A stretch of DNA of 64,000 nucleotides from an uncultured Candidatus Saccharibacteria bacterium (GCA_964606285.1 CAZSFP010000001.1:133376-197375); one strand, 5' to 3'; positions 29,420 through 39,102 are shown, counted from the stretch's first letter. Numbers and translations: made by a program. The notes: generated from the letters alone by a model not told the origin.

Positions 29420-29452
29420 AAAAAAATTCCCTCAGTATTGAGGGAATTTTTA
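29420..29452. terminator. bidirectional intrinsic terminator AAAAAATTCCCTCAGTATTGAGGGAATTTTT
   Basis: hairpin between convergent trxB and a membrane-protein gene. Confidence 0.7.
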
Positions 29453-29454
29453 TT

Positions 29455-30003
29455 TTATATTACATACAGTTTTTCTTTGTATGCCATTTTCATCGCAAAT
29501 ATCCAGTAGATAAAACAAAATACTGGAAATACCATATTTTGATCAAGGTATGCAGTTCTTGCAACAGAAAGACCGGTTGTGAGAAAAAATAACACGCACA
29601 TTTGTTTCGTATCGGCATCGATATCCGGCTTAAACAAATCTTTGATGAATGGAATACCTGCAACCGCAATCGCGATGCTTCCCGCCCAAATGATCTGATC
29701 AGCATCCCCGAAATACATAGCAACAAGACAGATGACCACAAGGAAACATGTACCGATTTCAATCCATCCAAATGCCCAGTGTCTTTTCAAAAGAAGTAAT
29801 AATGCGACCGCACCTGTTCCTGCAATAAATATCCAAAGCAGTGTCGCATCCTCACCTTTTTGTATCGTTCCATAGAGTGCGACACCATCGAGAATGAGCC
29901 AGAGAACCCAGGTAACAGCATTCATTTCTTTTCCTTTCCATATAATTCCATAGATAATAATAAGGTATGCAAGCAGCGCAAAAACAATCATTGCGTATTT
30001 CAT
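29455..30003 (-). CDS. multi-pass membrane protein
   Basis: Six or so hydrophobic helices; start set at MKYAMIVF. Confidence 0.5.
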   Translation of the reverse strand: MKYAMIVFALLAYLIIIYGIIWKGKEMNAVTWVLWLILDGVALYGTIQKGEDATLLWIFIAGTGAVALLLLLKRHWAFGWIEIGTCFLVVICLVAMYFGDADQIIWAGSIAIAVAGIPFIKDLFKPDIDADTKQMCVLFFLTTGLSVARTAYLDQNMVFPVFCFIYWIFAMKMAYKEKLYVI

Positions 30004-30130
30004 CAGAGTAACTTCCATTTCGTGTAGGTTTTTAGTGAACTGTATTTGAAAGTAATTTACCAACAAAATAACTATTTGTCAATAAAAAAATCCCGCGGTA
30101 TACGCGAGTTTTTTTACCTATTGTTTGATT

Positions 30131-30382
30131 TTATTTTCCAGTTGCAGAATAATCAAAATCTGTTCCATCTCCGTTTCTGGGTGTTCCGTCTGGATTGACA
30201 CCGGCCGATCCCGAGACATCAACACCGGCATTGATACCTGTATTGGTGTTGTTTTGAGAATTCTCCAAATTTTCTGCGATTTGATTTCTACTTGAATACA
30301 ACCACCATCCTCCAAACGCGAGAATAGCGACTATGACGATACCGAGAATAGTATTCAATACTCCGTTATTTTCTGGATTCAT
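30131..30382 (-). CDS. small membrane-anchored protein with Gly/Asn-rich tail
   Basis: N-terminal TM helix ILGIVIVAILAFGGWWLY. Confidence 0.35.
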   Translation of the reverse strand: MNPENNGVLNTILGIVIVAILAFGGWWLYSSRNQIAENLENSQNNTNTGINAGVDVSGSAGVNPDGTPRNGDGTDFDYSATGK

Positions 30383-30394
30383 AAAAGGAAGAAA

Positions 30395-30586
30395 TTATTT
30401 TATAGGATTCTCTCCACGAATCAATCTAATAAGAATCATGACGATTGCAATAATCAAAAGAATGTGAATAAAGCTACCAATAGTAAACACGCCGACGATA
30501 CCCAACAGCCAGAGGATCAAAAGAATAATTGCGATTGTTGTTAACATAAATATATAAAAATTAAATATAATAAGACCTATATACAA
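30395..30586 (-). CDS. small two-helix membrane protein
   Basis: 63-aa hydrophobic ORF. Confidence 0.3.
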   Translation of the reverse strand: MYIGLIIFNFYIFMLTTIAIILLILWLLGIVGVFTIGSFIHILLIIAIVMILIRLIRGENPIK

Positions 30587-30689
30587 CTAAACGTTTCATC
30601 TCCCCTGTTATGACATAGATATATTACAAAAGAATATATATTAGAAATGTCAATAAAAAATCACCCGAATATAGGGGTGATTTTTTTAC

Positions 30690-31115
30690 TCAGATAATAT
30701 CATTCGCTGATGCGGTTGACTCTCTCTCTGGAGCAAAGTGCAATTCTACATGACAATTAAATTCTTTTCTTATCTTTTCTGCAAAATCTCTGACCAATAT
30801 ATCATCGCTCATTTTTTGATATGACAAATAGATCTCATTGCTTTTAATATTGACATACGCAACAGTTCGCGGAAAATGTCTCCAAAATATAAACCAATAA
30901 AGACGAAATTTTCCTAGTGGTTTTTTCTTTAACTCTTCTGATTTCTGTTCTAATTTTTGAATTTGTTCTTCCGTTTCATATTCAACAGGCGATGAAAATG
31001 AGTCAGAAAATGAAACAGAAAAATTACGAAATTCATCTTTTCCCATTATTTCTTTCAATCTTTCTCTTGTTCTGTATCTCCAATCATCTGTAAAAATGAT
31101 AGCTGTCTGTGTCAT
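30690..31115 (-). CDS. hypothetical protein (141 aa)
   Basis: ORF followed by a terminator; no assignable domain. Confidence 0.45.
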   Translation of the reverse strand: MTQTAIIFTDDWRYRTRERLKEIMGKDEFRNFSVSFSDSFSSPVEYETEEQIQKLEQKSEELKKKPLGKFRLYWFIFWRHFPRTVAYVNIKSNEIYLSYQKMSDDILVRDFAEKIRKEFNCHVELHFAPERESTASANDII

Positions 31116-31272
31116 AGTGCTGTTTTTAAGTTTTATAAAACAATATCACAATATGAAATAGAGTCAAATTGATGAATCTCAATAATTTACTTTCCATCAA
31201 AAGTAAATCTCGATCCCCAGCCTCAGTTTTTCTGATTGATATCAGAACATACCTCCGACTTCACCGTGTAGC

Positions 31273-31300
31273 AAAAAATCCCACGCAGGTGGGATTTTTT
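31273..31300 (-). terminator. intrinsic terminator AAAAAATCCCACGCAGGTGGGATTTTTT downstream of tRNA-Glu
   Basis: hairpin with T-tract on the minus strand immediately 3' of the tRNA. Confidence 0.65.
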
Positions 31301-31307
31301 GTCGCGG

Positions 31308-31379
31308 TGACCTCACGGAGAATCGAACTCCGATTAGCGGATTGAGAACCCGCTGTCCTAACCGTTAGACGATGAGGCC
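31308..31379 (-). tRNA. tRNA-Glu (anticodon CUC)
   Basis: Manual fold: acceptor GGCCUCA/UGAGGUC, D-arm GUCU-AACGGUUA-GGAC, anticodon arm GCGGG-UUCUCAA-UCCGC, T-arm CGGAG-UUCGAUU-CUCCG, discriminator A; CCA is not encoded. Confidence 0.85.
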
Positions 31380-31410
31380 GAACAAAACAATAATACTTTT
31401 ATTAAATATA

Positions 31411-31608
31411 GGGTTCTCAATGATTGAGGTCACTGATAATTTTCTACTGAAAATTTCATCGACCCCGGCTCGGCTCGTCAGCCTCCGCCCTTGCGAAATG
31501 GGTCCCTACCCCATTTCTCACCCGCTGTCCTACCTGCCTCGACTCGCAAACACGAGACCTTGAAACTAAAGTGAGTCGACGCGAGGCGGGCCGTTAGACG
31601 ATGAGGCC
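31411..31608. other. rearranged partial tRNA-Glu copy / tRNA-like remnant
   Basis: Exact 18-nt direct repeat of the tRNA 5' end (GGCCTCATCGTCTAACGG) on the minus strand at 31591..31608; an inverted anticodon/acceptor-like fragment GGGTTCTCAATGATTGAGGTCAC at 31411..31433; GC-rich structured filler between them. Confidence 0.5.
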
Positions 31609-31750
31609 AGAAACAAACACAAATATATCATTTTTTTACAAAATTCCCAAAGAAAGACATTATTTGGGATTATTTTCCATGTATTGACTTATTGATATAT
31701 TCATTATAATATTCTTTAAAAGAATTATTGTTGCACCTAATACAATTCCA

Positions 31751-32161
31751 ATGAAAAAATCATGGAACTATATTCCTTTTATTTTACTTCTTATAATAAG
31801 CTGTGAAAAAAATGATTCTATTCCCCAGCATATTGAATATTTCTCGATGACATACAGAGTGTATGGTATTGCTGACAAAAATCAACGTATAGAAAGAAAT
31901 ATTAGCTACGGTATCCCACATGGACAATTCCCCATGGAATACCGAGATACTGTTTATGCTGGTGATTTTTCAATAACTATCGACAGTGTTCCGGTTCTTG
32001 GCACCAAAGACCGTCAAATTCCCGTCTATCTTCACTGGGAAACACGAGAACCATCACTCACCGGCATGGAAATTATTTGTGAAGATACGCGTTTTTATAT
32101 GAGCGAGGGTTCATGCCCTATCAATAGAAAAACGTGGAGTAGTTATGTCAAAATAGAATAA
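31751..32161 (+). CDS. putative lipoprotein
   Basis: Signal peptide with lipobox LIISC; 136 aa. Confidence 0.5.
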   Translation: MKKSWNYIPFILLLIISCEKNDSIPQHIEYFSMTYRVYGIADKNQRIERNISYGIPHGQFPMEYRDTVYAGDFSITIDSVPVLGTKDRQIPVYLHWETREPSLTGMEIICEDTRFYMSEGSCPINRKTWSSYVKIE

Positions 32162-32202
32162 ACAATAAAATCCCCTTCATCTTTGTTCAGGGGATTTTTA
32201 TT

Positions 32203-33924
32203 TTACCGATCCGGTGGCACGTCATAATAACTGAGGAGGAATTTTGCGGTTGCAAAAAATGGATCAGCGAGGGTTGTTGCTGCAAATGGGGATCCTTTCG
32301 GATTCTCGGCAAAGAAGAAGACGACAAACCGCGGATTACTTGCCGGATAAAATCCAAAGAGTGAATGCATGTTGCGATCATCATAGTATCCCTTGCCATC
32401 TTCACGGGCAACCTGCGCGGTGCCTGTTTTTGCTGCAATACTATAGTGTTCAATCTTTCGTGTACCGTTGTTCATAACATCTGCCACGTGCACCATCATC
32501 TTTTGAATTGTAGCCGCAGTCTCAGGATTTGAAAACACTGACGATTCACTCTTGATCCGCTCTGGTGTCTTGTCTGCGCCATCTGGATACTCGATAGATT
32601 CAACGACATGAGGTGTGACGAGATATCCACCATTTGCGAGTGTAGCAAACGCGCGGACCGCGGCAATCGGTGTCAGTGCGATACCCTGCCCGAATGCTGC
32701 GTTGGCATACTCAACATCACCGTTGGTTTTCAAGTTACTGATGAGCCCCGTCGTCTCACTCGGCAGATCCACACCTGTTTTCTCACCAATCCCATATCGA
32801 AGCATGCCGTCACGGAATTTTTCTTTGCCGAGTCGTTGTTGAGCGAACACCATACCCGTATTAAGAGATTGATCGAGTGCTGTTTGCATTGTCGCAAGAC
32901 CTCGTCCCTTCTTGTCAAAGTTGTTGATGGTTTTGTCTTTGACGACGACGAACCCACGGTCGGTATACGTCGTCTCCGGTGTCACCACACCGGCATCGAG
33001 CGCGAGCGCCATCACCAACGGCTTGATAACGGAACCAAATTCATACACGTGTTCGACAAACGGATTACCGAATTGTTTCGCATTTTTAATCGTAGAAAAA
33101 TCATTTGGATCAAACGGTGGATAGACAGACATCGCGAGAATCGCACCCGTCTGTGGATCCATGACAATAGCCCCCAATTGGTCCGGATGATACTTTTCAT
33201 TGATCGAAGCAAGAGAGCTGTCGAGATACTGTTCAACAGTCGGTTCAATCGTCGTTATGACATCTCCTTCACGAACAGTATTCACAAAGAGTGATCGTGC
33301 GATGTTCGTGAATACTTCGGCAAATGGATTGATATAGAGCGTTTCTGCACGCCGTGCAAGTGTCTCGTTGTATGATCGTTCGATACCGTAGCGACCCGCG
33401 AGATCATTGCCCTTGAATCCGACAAGACCGAGTATATGAGCACCGAGTTCCCCTCCTGGATAGAAACGCCATTTCTGCCGGATGACTTGGACACCTGCAA
33501 TTTTGAGTTCTGAAATCGCTGCTGCTTGTTCTTCGGTCAAACGATCTGGAAAATCAGCATACGTATCGGTCGTATCAGCCGTTCGAGACATGAACAATTC
33601 TTGTTCAACCGGCACAATACCGGCGATCAATGCATATGCAGCAGCGCGATCTTTGATGCGCGATGGATTTACTGTGAGCTTGTATCCGGACACAATACTC
33701 GCTGCCGCAATATGCGTGCCATCTTTCTTTTGAAAATAAATAATACCGCGATCAAAGACACCTTCACTCGCAGACACATAGCGACGATCCGTTTCTTCTT
33801 TATATTCTTCACTATGAATGACCTGCACAAAAAAAAGCCGCACCACACAGATAAGTGCAATGAGGATGACACCGAGAGAGAGCAGTCTGATGCGAAGTGG
33901 CGCGTTGGTATTAGCGGTTGTCAT
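32203..33924 (-). CDS. ftsI: penicillin-binding protein (FtsI-like transpeptidase)
   Basis: N-terminal TM helix; SxxK SVIKP, SxN SLN, KTGTA; position downstream of ftsL. Confidence 0.9.
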   Translation of the reverse strand: MTTANTNAPLRIRLLSLGVILIALICVVRLFFVQVIHSEEYKEETDRRYVSASEGVFDRGIIYFQKKDGTHIAAASIVSGYKLTVNPSRIKDRAAAYALIAGIVPVEQELFMSRTADTTDTYADFPDRLTEEQAAAISELKIAGVQVIRQKWRFYPGGELGAHILGLVGFKGNDLAGRYGIERSYNETLARRAETLYINPFAEVFTNIARSLFVNTVREGDVITTIEPTVEQYLDSSLASINEKYHPDQLGAIVMDPQTGAILAMSVYPPFDPNDFSTIKNAKQFGNPFVEHVYEFGSVIKPLVMALALDAGVVTPETTYTDRGFVVVKDKTINNFDKKGRGLATMQTALDQSLNTGMVFAQQRLGKEKFRDGMLRYGIGEKTGVDLPSETTGLISNLKTNGDVEYANAAFGQGIALTPIAAVRAFATLANGGYLVTPHVVESIEYPDGADKTPERIKSESSVFSNPETAATIQKMMVHVADVMNNGTRKIEHYSIAAKTGTAQVAREDGKGYYDDRNMHSLFGFYPASNPRFVVFFFAENPKGSPFAATTLADPFFATAKFLLSYYDVPPDR

Positions 33925-34258
33925 ATGACAACAGTATACGATGTGAAGCACTTGCAAGTCCACTCACACGGGAGACAAATGATACACTTTTTGGATCAGA
34001 GAATGATGCGCGAGCAGTCGCATCGTTTTCCAATGCATTGATACCTTCAAAATATTCGGCATTTGCGAGTGCAATGCGAGATTGGATCTTCAACACATTT
34101 TCTGTGATACCTTTTGTGGACACGATAACAAACGTCGTCTTCGTCACAAGTCCGACATATACCGCAAAGAGAACGACTGCTGTTACACCAAAGACGCGGT
34201 ACAAAATCTTTGTACTGGTGAGTGCTGCTATGTGGTTTTGGATATAGTGTTGTGTCAT
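33911..34258 (-). CDS. ftsL: FtsL-like cell division protein
   Basis: Small bitopic protein (single TM) between rsmH and ftsI. Confidence 0.55.
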   Translation of the reverse strand: MTQHYIQNHIAALTSTKILYRVFGVTAVVLFAVYVGLVTKTTFVIVSTKGITENVLKIQSRIALANAEYFEGINALENDATARASFSDPKSVSFVSRVSGLASASHRILLSYDNR

Positions 34259-35139
34259 AGTTTTTTTATTATTCGTAATTTAGCACTTCGTGACCGGGGA
34301 TTTTTTTCTATTTCATCATCTGTCGGTACAATCGGCTTTTTTGTAATAACCTGTCCCCGACCTTCTTCTTTGAACGTATTGAAATAATTCTTGACGATGC
34401 GGTCTTCGAGACTATGGAACGAGATGATCATCATCTGTCCGCCGGGAGCTAAAAGTTCAAACAGTGACGTAATACCTTCTCGAAGTGCACCAAGCTCGTC
34501 ATTGACTGCGATGCGGATCGCTTGAAAAATCTTTGTTGCCGGATGAATTCGTCCGAACCGCGCAAAGACTGGTACGGCATTCTTTGCAATCTCGGCAAGC
34601 ATCGTCGTTGTAGTGATCGGTGCAGTTGCCCGTGCGTCGACAATTGCCACCGCGATACGTTTTGCAAATCGTTCTTCACCATAGTTTTGAAAGATCGTGA
34701 CCAAATTTTCTTCTTCCCAACCATTGACGACATCGTATGCTGTCATTGCATCACCAGCCTCCGCCGTGAGTGTCATCTGCAATGGCTCCTCTTGGCGAAA
34801 TGAAAATCCGCGTTTGTCCGTATCAAACTGAAACGAACTGAGACCAAGATCAAGGAGAATCAGGTCAGGTCGTGGCAATGACCGCTCAGCAAAGATACTG
34901 CTCGCCTGGCGGAAATTTGAGACAAAGAGCGTTGCTTGGCAACCAGCATCCCGAAGGACTGCTTCTGCTCGGGCAATCGCCGTCTGGTCCGCATCACAGC
35001 CGATGACCGTGATCGGTGCGTATCGTTCGTACATCGCTTTCGCGTGTCCACCGCCACCCATTGTTCCGTCAAAATAGACTGAACCAGGAGCAAGGTTTGC
35101 GTGATCAACTATCTCGTGTAAAAGGACTGAAATGTGCAT
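34255..35139 (-). CDS. rsmH: 16S rRNA (cytosine1402-N4)-methyltransferase RsmH
   Basis: SAM motif DGTMGGGGHA, plus VIISFHSLEDRIVK. Confidence 0.9.
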   Translation of the reverse strand: MHISVLLHEIVDHANLAPGSVYFDGTMGGGGHAKAMYERYAPITVIGCDADQTAIARAEAVLRDAGCQATLFVSNFRQASSIFAERSLPRPDLILLDLGLSSFQFDTDKRGFSFRQEEPLQMTLTAEAGDAMTAYDVVNGWEEENLVTIFQNYGEERFAKRIAVAIVDARATAPITTTTMLAEIAKNAVPVFARFGRIHPATKIFQAIRIAVNDELGALREGITSLFELLAPGGQMMIISFHSLEDRIVKNYFNTFKEEGRGQVITKKPIVPTDDEIEKNPRSRSAKLRIIKKL

Positions 35140-35576
35140 CAGAGTATGCCGACGTGGCTCAATTTTTCCGCAAGCTGATCTGCTTGGCCATCAACAGCAG
35201 CTTTGTAGGTCTGCCATGTTGCATCGTGCCAAATCTCTGCTCGCGTCTGCATGCCCACGAGCGCAACTTTCTCCCCGATTATCCCTGCGTACGTTTTTAA
35301 AAAGTCAGGGAGAAGAATGCGCCCACTGGCATCGACATCGACTTCTGTCGCACTGCCGAACATGAATCGGTTGAAACTACGGTTATCTGCGGAGAGAAGC
35401 GAATGCTCTCCGAGTCGGCCCGCAATGTCTCTCCACTGGTCGATTGTGAAGACAAAGATACAGCGATCGAGACCGCGTGTGAGTACCAATTTCTTTCCCA
35501 ATTCCTTGCGGAATTTTACCGGGAGAGAAAGGCGGTTCTTTTCATCAACTGTATGGATATATTCGCCGATTAACAT
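35139..35576 (-). CDS. mraZ: transcriptional regulator MraZ
   Basis: Tandem MraZ domains (DEKNRLSLP and a second DxxGR-like repeat); start set at MLIGEY. Confidence 0.85.
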   Translation of the reverse strand: MLIGEYIHTVDEKNRLSLPVKFRKELGKKLVLTRGLDRCIFVFTIDQWRDIAGRLGEHSLLSADNRSFNRFMFGSATEVDVDASGRILLPDFLKTYAGIIGEKVALVGMQTRAEIWHDATWQTYKAAVDGQADQLAEKLSHVGIL

Positions 35577-35599
35577 GGTCGTATGAGATGAAAAATTAT

Positions 35600-35615
35600 T
35601 CCCCACTTCATCCCA
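35600..35615 (-). promoter_or_regulatory. putative MraZ operator: two GTGGG direct repeats at 10-bp spacing upstream of mraZ
   Basis: The minus strand reads GTGGGATGAAGTGGGG; MraZ is known to bind GTGGG repeat arrays. Confidence 0.4.
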
Positions 35616-35976
35616 CTATCTGACATTATAAACCACTTAGTTCCCTTTTCAAAAGGAAAATAAAGGTTTTTGTGGATAAGTAGTTGCTTGCACAAAATAC
35701 AAAACTAGTATATAGTCTTGTCAAATCATTCATTAATTATTAAAACCATGAACAACAGGCCAAGCGTGACCCAAAACCTTAATTTTGGATCAAATAACAA
35801 CTATTGGCGCTTTGACTATCAAAGCGCTTTAGAAAAAGGAACACTGGAAAACAACCGCGAAGAAATAAAGAAAATTCTCAATCCCCCTGGCCATGATCGC
35901 TCAAAAATATACGAAAAAGATCTAACTCATGGCAAACCGTATTTTGCTTGCGAATAATCTTGTCCGCGGCTGCGGC

Positions 35977-36010
35977 AAAAATCCCCGATCACATCACGGG
36001 GATTTTTTAT
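35977..36010. terminator. bidirectional intrinsic terminator AAAAATCCCCGATCACATCACGGGGATTTTTT
   Basis: hairpin with A/T tracts. Confidence 0.65.
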
Positions 36011-36081
36011 TGGAATAGTATAGGAATCTTGATTTTTTTAAATTTTACTGTATAGTACGGAAAACTTAAAAAAACAATACC

Positions 36082-36972
36082 ATGCCTGTATTAGAAAAAG
36101 AATTAACAGAGAAACGCATTGTTGCGTCTATTGAATTTGGTAAAAAAATTAAAGATTTAGCAAAATTAGATTTTGCAAACTTTGTCATAGGATTGAAAAA
36201 TCTTATAAAAGACATTGAAAAAAATCCTGATTTTACACCCGAAGTTGTATTTGTTCATCATGCACCAAAATACTACGGACACCCTCCATTAGTTGAAAAA
36301 ATACATTCCATTCCAAAACTAGCAGCACGCGCGTTCATCGCATCATGGAAAGAAAACGAAACAACGGAACAAGCTCAAATACTATTGGCCGGACTCATTG
36401 AATTCAAAAAACAATGCGACTGCATAACAGAAAAAATCGGGAAAAAAGTTTGGTCCTCTATCAGTCCAGACGATCGTTTTATCTGTTTTGAAAAAACAAC
36501 AGATGAATATTCACTGTTTTTAAAATTCATTGAATCCCTCACCGCAAAAGAAATAACTGCACTCATTGCGGTGTATCCTTTTTCAAACACGACATGGATT
36601 CAAAAAGAAATTGTAAATGTCATTCTTTCTGAAAAAATTCAGAACATAAAATCGAAGATAAAAAATCATTTTCAAAAGATTAATGCAAAAAATGCAATCA
36701 ATAGTATTGCAAATGATAAACCGTATCAGTTAAAAGAAATGCTTCCTGTACCATTCACAAAAGAAGAACTCTACGCATTTGTCACAGAAGGACCAAGGTT
36801 TGAACACATAGATATGGTCAGTTTAGAAATATTGGTCAGCAAAACACGATCAGTAACACTTGCCAAAGCATTACTAAAAAGAGAGCGATTTTTAGACTCA
36901 TACGAAGCATTCCTGCTTTCTGTAAAAATGAGTTTATTGAGAGAAGAAAAAAAGAAAAAAATACTGTCATAA
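36082..36972 (+). CDS. hypothetical protein (296 aa)
   Basis: ORF followed by the terminator at 36977..37006. Confidence 0.5.
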   Translation: MPVLEKELTEKRIVASIEFGKKIKDLAKLDFANFVIGLKNLIKDIEKNPDFTPEVVFVHHAPKYYGHPPLVEKIHSIPKLAARAFIASWKENETTEQAQILLAGLIEFKKQCDCITEKIGKKVWSSISPDDRFICFEKTTDEYSLFLKFIESLTAKEITALIAVYPFSNTTWIQKEIVNVILSEKIQNIKSKIKNHFQKINAKNAINSIANDKPYQLKEMLPVPFTKEELYAFVTEGPRFEHIDMVSLEILVSKTRSVTLAKALLKRERFLDSYEAFLLSVKMSLLREEKKKKILS

Positions 36973-37014
36973 CAGCAAAAAATCCCCGAATATCGGGGAT
37001 TTTTTATTTGTACT

Positions 37015-37446
37015 TTATATATTTCTTGATTTTAGTCCTATATATCCGAGAAGTACCGCATAGATGATATGTTCATCAACAAACGGATTGTTTGCAGGCC
37101 ACAAAAGTGCCAAATACATGAGGATCATCAACAGTATCCCAGCAATACTTCCCCATTGCACAAAACGATTCACGAGCAATGTCACACCGACAAACAAAAG
37201 TCCGAACATGAACAACCAATCAACCAACAGAACTCCGGAAAGACTGTTAAAAAATGACATGAGGGGTCCTTGTGCCGCATGAGCAAGGAATCCTGATGTC
37301 GGCGAACCGCCATTGATCCACGCATTTGCAGAGGTTGTCGCAATCCCGAAACCAAACAACTTATCCAAAAATGCCCACAAAAATATAAAACCCATGAGCA
37401 AACGCAGTGTTGTCACAGAAAACAACTTTTCAAAAATGTTTTTCAT
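37015..37446 (-). CDS. DoxX family membrane protein
   Basis: LRLLMGFIFLWAFLDKL N-terminal DoxX-like motif; four TM helices. Confidence 0.65.
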   Translation of the reverse strand: MKNIFEKLFSVTTLRLLMGFIFLWAFLDKLFGFGIATTSANAWINGGSPTSGFLAHAAQGPLMSFFNSLSGVLLVDWLFMFGLLFVGVTLLVNRFVQWGSIAGILLMILMYLALLWPANNPFVDEHIIYAVLLGYIGLKSRNI

Positions 37447-37554
37447 AATTCCATCATATACCCGTTCCCTGTTTTCTACTTGTGGATATTTTACATCTCC
37501 TAGAAAAACAGATTCCGCACTTGAAAGTGCGGAATCTGTTTTGTTAGTAAAAAA

Positions 37555-38127
37555 TTATTTCTTTTTTGCTTTTCCTTTCTTTTCTGTGGTCTTTTTTACT
37601 GGAGATTTCTTTGCTGGAACTTTACTGACAGGAGCCGCTGCTGGTTTTTTCTTTATTTCTTCTTTTACTTTTTCTGGCACAAAAGAAGTTTTTGGTGCAG
37701 GATTTGATTCTTGTCGAGCACGGGTGAGTTTTTCAATTGATTCAATCAGGCGATCAAGCTTGATATTGATATCACGCAATTGTTTCTTTGTTTCTTCATG
37801 TGGTGGCACAAGGTGTCCGAAATCACGATGTGGCGACGGACGATCATTGAAATCCCGTTTTGGTCCACGGTTGCCGAAATCTGGACGTGGTCCTCGGTCT
37901 CCTCCTTCTTTTTTCGCACCAAAACAGTTGTTGCAATACACCGGTTTGTCACCAGACGGACGAAACGGCACTTCACAGCTTTTGCCACATTCACCACACA
38001 CCGCTTTATGCATGACTGTTTCTCTGTCACCGCCTCGGTCATTGTTCCATGGTTTCTTTTGAAAACCTGGACGTCCTCCGCCAAAACCACCCTTGAACCC
38101 TCCTCCCCCTCGGTTAAAATTTCCCAT
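37555..38127 (-). CDS. Gly/Arg-rich zinc-ribbon protein with a lysine-rich tail (possible nucleic-acid binder)
   Basis: N-terminal GGGGFKGGFGGGRPG; CGECGKSC-x17-CNNC zinc ribbon; C-terminal KK-rich tail. Confidence 0.5.
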   Translation of the reverse strand: MGNFNRGGGGFKGGFGGGRPGFQKKPWNNDRGGDRETVMHKAVCGECGKSCEVPFRPSGDKPVYCNNCFGAKKEGGDRGPRPDFGNRGPKRDFNDRPSPHRDFGHLVPPHEETKKQLRDINIKLDRLIESIEKLTRARQESNPAPKTSFVPEKVKEEIKKKPAAAPVSKVPAKKSPVKKTTEKKGKAKKK

Positions 38128-38334
38128 AGATATATTGTTTATGATTATGCTCCGATACTACGCTGTTTGAGACTAAAAAGCAACGAATCACACCGACAAC
38201 AATCACATTGATATTTTGTCTCCTTAAAAAAATAAATTGTTTTTATGGAACATATATGGTACCGTTACGATTGTAGCAGTTGGTGTAGTCGATTGGCTGT
38301 CTATATGTTTTGATATTCACTAACGATACACACT

Positions 38335-38478
38335 ATGGACGACACAACAAAATGCGCAGTATGCGGTAACAACCCATGTACTTGCCCAGTAGCACCAGCA
38401 GAAGAAATTTCAACTCCAGAAACTGTAACAGAAGCTCCTGTTGCAGAAACTCCGGTCGAAGAATCAGCAGCTCAATAA
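38335..38478 (+). CDS. possible small Cys-rich protein (47 aa) MDDTTKCAVCGNNPCTCPVAPAEE...
   Basis: Manually read ORF below the track cutoff; CxxCGxxPCxC cluster. Confidence 0.3.
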   Translation: MDDTTKCAVCGNNPCTCPVAPAEEISTPETVTEAPVAETPVEESAAQ

Positions 38479-38533
38479 ATATATTGATAAAAAATAACCC
38501 TCTCGAGGGTTATTTTTTATATATTTGTAAAAA

Positions 38534-38818
38534 TTATTTTATGTTGAACGCAACACTGACGCCATCACCTTCCCAAATATCTTCCTTTTTGCGAACTTGT
38601 GTTTTTATGGACAACAGATATGCACCTGATTGCTTGTGCGGAAACAGAGATGTTTCCCATGTGACCGCACCAATAGTTGCTAAAATTTTCACAAATCCCT
38701 TGGGGTATGCTTTTCGAATATTTTCTGAAATCTCTTTTGGTACATTCACAAAATACCAACCCATGTCTCCCGGCCATCGCCATACTTTTGCTTTAAATAC
38801 AAAATTCTTTTTCTTCAT
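38534..38818 (-). CDS. DUF1905 domain protein
   Basis: WRWPGDMGWYFVNVP...TIGAVTWETSLFP...YLLSIK pattern of the DUF1905 family. Confidence 0.7.
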   Translation of the reverse strand: MKKKNFVFKAKVWRWPGDMGWYFVNVPKEISENIRKAYPKGFVKILATIGAVTWETSLFPHKQSGAYLLSIKTQVRKKEDIWEGDGVSVAFNIK

Positions 38819-38824
38819 ATGAAT

Positions 38825-39091
38825 TTATCTCAAAAAAACCTCAAGCGCTCCTTCACCACCATTATTGATCTTTGACTGATTGTATCTGACACCGTGCGAG
38901 TGCAAGTACGACCGGACAAAATCCGGGAGTACTGCACCACCAACACTGTGCCTACCTTTACCGACAATAATCCGAACAATGACATATTTCTTTTCTTTCA
39001 ACAAAGCATCCAAAATTTCTTTCGATTCTGCAGTCGTATACCCATGCAAATCTATTTCGATCTCCGCTTTTTGTTCGTATTTGTTTACCAT
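38825..39091 (-). CDS. Smr domain protein
   Basis: IDLHGYT...IVRIIVGKGRHS motif of the Smr domain. Confidence 0.75.
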   Translation of the reverse strand: MVNKYEQKAEIEIDLHGYTTAESKEILDALLKEKKYVIVRIIVGKGRHSVGGAVLPDFVRSYLHSHGVRYNQSKINNGGEGALEVFLR

Positions 39092-39102
39092 GACCGTATA
39101 AA

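Noticed and set aside
31372-31563. Track ORF 31372..31563 (+)
   Set aside because: It lies across the tRNA-Glu 5' end and the tRNA-like remnant. Its composition is driven by the GC-rich structured RNA-like sequence.
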